Below the pieces are notes generated by a model. It was not told the origin of the DNA, did no database searches, and saw nothing but the letters and a program-made list of their open reading frames with translations. DNA of 40,130 bases from a virus (taxonomy: Duplodnaviria > Caudoviricetes). Within the stretch, counting starts at the first letter, position 1. Each line of letters opens with the position of its first letter. Positions 36,168 through 40,130 of this stretch are shown here, one piece after another. The stretch lies in IMG/VR virus record IMGVR_UViG_3300032334_000790, positions 1 through 40,130 of that record; one strand, written 5' to 3'. The position numbers were made by a program, and so were the translations under genes.

Positions 36168-36448
36168 CTAGCTTCTGGCTCAGCTTCTACAGCCGCAAGC
36201 GCTGTGGCTAGGCTCAATGGAAGCCCTGACGTCTCACCACGATATATGTAGTCGAGCGTAGCGCCAGTAAATCCGCATATTTTAATAGCAAAGGGAACCG
36301 GCACAGGTCTAAAGCCGGTTTCCCAATTGTTATAACGGCTTATGTCAGCGCCAATTAGCTTAGCAAGCTGTAATTGGGTTTTTAAGCCCTTAGCTTTCCT
36401 CAATAAACGTAAGCGAGAGCCAATCGCAATCGGGCTTTGGGCGTTCAT
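36149..36448 (-). CDS. cI: CI-like immunity repressor (XRE HTH only, no S24 peptidase)
   Basis: IGSRLRLLRKAKGL.TQLQLAKLIG.DISRYNNWETG...TLDYIYRG; about 99 aa from ATG 36448. Confidence 0.8.
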   Translation of the reverse strand: MNAQSPIAIGSRLRLLRKAKGLKTQLQLAKLIGADISRYNNWETGFRPVPVPFAIKICGFTGATLDYIYRGETSGLPLSLATALAAVEAEPEASQDLSL

Positions 36449-36463
36449 TAACTTTTTCTTAAC
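36448..36463. promoter_or_regulatory. CtrA box at repressor start
   Basis: TTAA-CTTTTTC-TTAAC, perfect TTAA-N7-TTAAC. Confidence 0.6.
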
Positions 36464-36530
36464 GCCAAAACTTGTGGATAGCAATCCACGGAAAAAACTT
36501 ATTGACGAATCCACGATAAGTGGATAATTT
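36463..36530 (+). promoter_or_regulatory. OR operators and PR promoter
   Basis: ATCCAC-N5-GTGGAT (36509-36525) inside TTGACG-N17-TAATTT; further GTGGAT/ATCCAC half-sites at 36474 and 36484. Confidence 0.7.
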
Positions 36531-36537
36531 TAGTTTC

Positions 36538-36774
36538 ATGCCAAATCACTTGCTCACCGTCGCTCAAGTTATAACCGCGCTAGGCGGATCTAAAGCTGCG
36601 GCGAATTTATTTAATATTGGTCAAACTGCCGTTGGTAATTGGCGAACCCGCAATTGGTTGCCACCACACACGTTTCCTTTAGTTCAAAAGGAATTGTTGG
36701 CGCGTGGTTTAACAGCAGACATTAGCCTTTGGAGGTTTGAGCGAAAGAAGAGGTGTCCAAATGACATCGCTTGA
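36538..36774 (+). CDS. cro: Cro-like protein (probably leaderless mRNA)
   Basis: TVAQVITALGGSKAAANLFNIGQTAVGNWR; ATG about 7 nt after -10. Confidence 0.8.
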   Translation: MPNHLLTVAQVITALGGSKAAANLFNIGQTAVGNWRTRNWLPPHTFPLVQKELLARGLTADISLWRFERKKRCPNDIA

Positions 36775-36958
36775 GGCTTGGTCGCTCGAATACCTGATGA
36801 CGCTTGCACTTGAAGGCAAGCCAATTTTCACACTTGCTGATCGTATGGAAGCCTATGAAGCGGCAGATATTGATATGTCTGGCTGCACTCAGGATGAAAT
36901 TTACACAGCAGATCAAGAAGCTCACGCAATCCAATTAACAAAACGGATTGCAGCATGA
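36761..36958 (+). CDS. Hypothetical protein
   Basis: GAGG RBS, ATG 36761. Confidence 0.6.
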   Translation: MTSLEAWSLEYLMTLALEGKPIFTLADRMEAYEAADIDMSGCTQDEIYTADQEAHAIQLTKRIAA

Positions 36959-37027
36959 AATTCTGCGAAGGTCTTCTCTTTACCTCGCTGAATAGCGCCG
37001 AACCTCGCGGCGTTTTCTCCCAAGACT

Positions 37028-37060
37028 TGCCCTCGCGCCTTCTGGTGCGGGGGTTTTTTT
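37028..37060 (+). terminator. tR-like intrinsic terminator
   Basis: CCTCGCGCC-TTCT-GGTGCGGGG then T7. Confidence 0.75.
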
Positions 37061-37082
37061 AGTCAAATTAAAGGGCGTTTAA

Positions 37083-37343
37083 ATGAGCAACCCTTACAAA
37101 ATTTTACAAACTACGGCTGAAATTCAGCTTGTCGCACGTCTATCTGGCGAAGGGTTGACGATAGAAGGAAACATTAAATTTCCTAACGAAAAACTCCTTC
37201 TTTCAAGCCTACAGGATTTAATCAATCTACGCTTCGAAGAAATTGGTGGAGTAAATGAAAAACTTGCTGACTCTGCCAAAGAAGAAGCCCTTCGTTTAAT
37301 TACTGAAGGCAAAGATGCTGCCTCCAAAAAATATAAAAGGTAA
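37083..37343 (+). CDS. Hypothetical protein
   Basis: ORF in rightward early operon. Confidence 0.6.
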   Translation: MSNPYKILQTTAEIQLVARLSGEGLTIEGNIKFPNEKLLLSSLQDLINLRFEEIGGVNEKLADSAKEEALRLITEGKDAASKKYKR

Positions 37344-37346
37344 GCA

Positions 37347-37631
37347 ATGCGCGAGACAGTAATCAACACTGAAAACCAATACGTTGACTGGTTTATAGAC
37401 GCCCACCGTGGCGATGTAGCTGTTTATCATAGCTACGAAATTGTCAGCAAACTCAGAAATCTTTTGTGTGATGCTAGGGCAAGAAAAGAAAATGATATTC
37501 CTACAAATGAAGCCAGAGAATTGAACGCATTAGCACATCGCGCACACATGCACATGCAAGTGACTAAAAAAGTTGATCTCGTTCAAAGACGTAGAAACGG
37601 GATTAATGAATATCTTGTGGTTAAGCGATAA
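37347..37631 (+). CDS. Hypothetical phage protein
   Basis: W...A..GD..VYH...LVQRR...YL motif. Confidence 0.65.
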   Translation: MRETVINTENQYVDWFIDAHRGDVAVYHSYEIVSKLRNLLCDARARKENDIPTNEARELNALAHRAHMHMQVTKKVDLVQRRRNGINEYLVVKR

Positions 37632-37988
37632 ATGAAAGAGGCTCAAATACAAAGCGCTATTGTTAAGTATTTGCGCCTTGTTCTTCCCAAAAATTACCGT
37701 TGCTTTGCCGTTCCTAACGGCTCTCAGCGATTGCCGAATGGAAGACCAGCCAATGCCGTTGCTGGATTAACGCCAGGCGTTCCTGACCTAGCAATTGTTG
37801 GTGATGGAAGGATTTTTTTTATCGAAGTGAAATCCAAAAAAGGGCGTCTGAGTGAAGCTCAAAGCGAGTGGGGAGACTTCTGCATTTATCAAGCGATGGT
37901 GCCGTGGGCCTGCGTTCATTCTGTTGATGAAACAAGACACGCTCTTAATGAATGGGGAATAAAAACAAAGGAGTCAGTTCAATGTTGA
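37632..37988 (+). CDS. VRR-NUC nuclease (Holliday junction resolvase-like)
   Basis: EAQIQ, GVPDL, FIEVKSKKGRLSEAQ. Confidence 0.88.
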   Translation: MKEAQIQSAIVKYLRLVLPKNYRCFAVPNGSQRLPNGRPANAVAGLTPGVPDLAIVGDGRIFFIEVKSKKGRLSEAQSEWGDFCIYQAMVPWACVHSVDETRHALNEWGIKTKESVQC

Positions 37989-38530
37989 GTAATGCGCAGC
38001 AATTATATGAGATTTACAAATCTGCTCGCTCTAACATGCGCATGGAGCAAAAACTAAATTTTGTAAACACTGATCTTGTTCGGCCAGTTATCGAAGAAAC
38101 CGTTGAGCCAGTTATCGAAATCAAAGAAGAACCTTTGAGCAAATGGCAATTAAGAAAATTGAGACAAGCTCTCGATGACGCCCTTCAAGACGATTATGAA
38201 GCTGAAAAAGTTTTTAGGCCAAAATTAAAAACCATTGTGACTGCCGTAGCGCGTGAATTTAATTTCACCATTAACGATCTTCTTTCTCACAGAAAGCCTT
38301 CGGATATTGTAACGGCTCGATTTGCGGCGATTTATCTGGCTCGCAGACTTACGCTGCTTTCGACGACAGTAATAGGCAAGGGGCTAGGCAATCGGGATCA
38401 TTCCACGATTGTTCATGCTTTACGGCGCTTTCCTGAAATGATGAATGAGAACGATCAGTTGCTTGAGCGTGTTTTGCGTCTTGAAGAAAAACTAAAGATA
38501 GAAGCTGAGCAGGACAATGCCAAAAGATAG
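37982..38530 (+). CDS. DnaA domain IV (C-terminal HTH) protein
   Basis: IVTARFAAIYLARRLT.LS...IGK.LG.RDHSTIVHA. Confidence 0.85.
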   Translation: MLSNAQQLYEIYKSARSNMRMEQKLNFVNTDLVRPVIEETVEPVIEIKEEPLSKWQLRKLRQALDDALQDDYEAEKVFRPKLKTIVTAVAREFNFTINDLLSHRKPSDIVTARFAAIYLARRLTLLSTTVIGKGLGNRDHSTIVHALRRFPEMMNENDQLLERVLRLEEKLKIEAEQDNAKR

Positions 38531-38744
38531 ACGCGCTTTACAAGCGATAGACAATTTAATCCTCGCCCTCCGGCGGGGACATTTTTCATTTACAGCTACC
38601 GAATGCGCTTTGATGGCAGATGACTTAGCTTACGCCAGGGATCTGTTTTCGAATGTGGTCATTCGTAAAAAAATCAAGCAACAAGAAAAGACAAAGACGG
38701 GAGATATTCGCTCTGTAATGCAAGAGGACATTAGCCGCAAATGA
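38517..38744 (+). CDS. Hypothetical protein
   Basis: AGGA RBS; coupled ORF. Confidence 0.55.
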   Translation: MPKDRRALQAIDNLILALRRGHFSFTATECALMADDLAYARDLFSNVVIRKKIKQQEKTKTGDIRSVMQEDISRK

Positions 38745-39367
38745 GCCTCGTAGCAGCCATTAGAACGATGTTGGAGAAGGGCTTATCTGTAGAGCAAGCC
38801 TTGATTGCGGCTGAAGCCATTGAAGCATCTTCAGAGCAAACAGACACACGTTCGACCGCTGCTAAGCGTCAAGCACGATATCGGGAAAGAAACCGTAACG
38901 AAACCGTAACAAAGCGTAACGAAGCGTCACACGTTACGGTTAGTGACGCAAAGGTTTCCCCCTCTCTTTCCCCTAAAGAAAAGTCTCCCCCTAATACCCC
39001 CTCTAAAGAAATAACCCCTAACTCTCCCCCATCCAAACGCGCCGGGCCGGAATTTTCGATTTTTTGGCAGGCATGGCCCAACAAGGTTGGCAGACCAGCG
39101 GCAGAACGAGCGTTCAAACCTGTAGCCGGAGAGCTTGAAGCGATTTTGGAAGGCTTGCAGCGATACATTCGAGACAAGCCGCCGGATAGACCGTGGCTGA
39201 ACCCTGCGACGTTTCTGAATCAACGTCGATGGGAAGATCAGCCCGCCGAAAACGTGGCGCAATTCATCGCCAAGCCCAAAGAGCGTGATCTGAGAAACAT
39301 CCCCGATAATTTACTTTCCGCAGAAGATTACTGGAAAAAACGTAAGCAGCAGAAGGAATGGGCATGA
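38741..39367 (+). CDS. Replication initiator (lambda O-like organisation)
   Basis: AKRQARYRER, central iteron-encoded linker, F..FW..WPNKVG, PATFLNQRRWED. Confidence 0.8.
   Translation: MSLVAAIRTMLEKGLSVEQALIAAEAIEASSEQTDTRSTAAKRQARYRERNRNETVTKRNEASHVTVSDAKVSPSLSPKEKSPPNTPSKEITPNSPPSKRAGPEFSIFWQAWPNKVGRPAAERAFKPVAGELEAILEGLQRYIRDKPPDRPWLNPATFLNQRRWEDQPAENVAQFIAKPKERDLRNIPDNLLSAEDYWKKRKQQKEWA
38894..38948. repeat. Iteron-like repeats, probable replication origin
   Basis: CGTAAC x3, CGTCAC, then inverted GTTACG and GTGACG at about 10-bp spacing. Confidence 0.65.
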
Positions 39368-39927
39368 TGGCGCCAGCGGTCAAAAGAAAATCCCCACAGC
39401 TTACGAGTGCAACGTATTTGCAGGGCGTTTTGGTCGCGGCAGACGTGCCTGATCCATATGAGCCAGACAAACCGCTTCGAGTGATGAAAAACTTACGTGA
39501 GCACCCCTTGCACATGCTGGCGCATAGAAACGTGATTAATTCCGCTCAGCAATATGCTGGCGAAAAATACAGGGCTAACTATGAACGGGCAGTCATAGGC
39601 GCGTCGATTGCAATTGATTACAGCCGTGACCGAGTTGACGGCGGGCCTACACCTGAACCGCTGACCGAAAGCCGTCAGAAGGCCATTGAATGGCTCAAAC
39701 GAGTTGCAAGCTACCCTGGCATTGGAAAGCGTGGAGACGCAATTCTGAGTCAAATTTGCGGGCAAGGATTTGGGATAGCTGAGTGCGCAAGGAATTTAAA
39801 ATACCCAGGGCCAAGAGGCGAAGGTTTTGTCTCACATAGGCTTGTCGAATGCTTGGACACCTTGCTTGAGTTTATGGGCGACGTAGCTAAAGGGCAGCGG
39901 TCTGACATCAGGACTTACCGTGATTAG
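39358..39927 (+). CDS. Putative late transcriptional regulator (DUF6456-like, Q position)
   Basis: PL..LA.R..I...Q..AG..YR, DYSRDRVDGG, C-terminal HTH-like segment. Confidence 0.65.
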   Translation: MGMMAPAVKRKSPQLTSATYLQGVLVAADVPDPYEPDKPLRVMKNLREHPLHMLAHRNVINSAQQYAGEKYRANYERAVIGASIAIDYSRDRVDGGPTPEPLTESRQKAIEWLKRVASYPGIGKRGDAILSQICGQGFGIAECARNLKYPGPRGEGFVSHRLVECLDTLLEFMGDVAKGQRSDIRTYRD

Positions 39928-40007
39928 GCGGGCGTCAATATTTATCATGGCAATGCCGATAATAATCATTTTGACCGTGGGTTTTATGTTTCAGATTTTA
40001 ATGAAGG

Positions 40008-40130
40008 GCAAAAATAAATGATTGACTGGGATGGTTTATTTATTGGCGTAGTTGTTGGCGGCTTTATTGCATTGTTGCTTGAGGCATATCTCAATGACTG
40101 ATCAGACCGAAGATCCCGTTTTAAAAAAGC
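40008..40130. repeat. Terminal duplication of 1..123
   Basis: Exact sequence match. Confidence 0.95.

Overview
Apparently complete, circularly permuted genome (about 40,007 bp plus a 123-bp terminal duplication, 1..123 = 40008..40130) of a temperate short-tailed (podovirus-type) tailed phage, most likely of an alphaproteobacterial host. Host evidence: GTTC-N7-GTTC LexA boxes, a TTAA-N7-TTAAC CtrA box and a tRNA-Ser(TGA) attP core. Gene order: small late/accessory genes; a leftward operon ending in an HTH gene; terS; an ADP-ribosyltransferase-like gene; terL; glycosyltransferase; portal; scaffold; major capsid; second glycosyltransferase; tail and fibres; ejection proteins; lysis; phosphoesterase; attP-int-xis; a leftward recombination operon; a cI/cro switch; replication; late regulator. 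Highlights: (1) a YqaJ/lambda-exonuclease-type gene split between its catalytic motifs by an unrelated small gene, with the C-terminal half carrying its own RBS and start; (2) a switch with a protease-less repressor, an unannotated LexA-box-preceded small ORF containing a G9 tract (candidate antirepressor), and a CtrA box at the repressor start; (3) attP-arm-like repeats plus an IHF-like site recurring 28 kb away just after terS; (4) a dense TGACCGA motif cluster. All protein calls come from motif recognition and synteny; no database searches were run.
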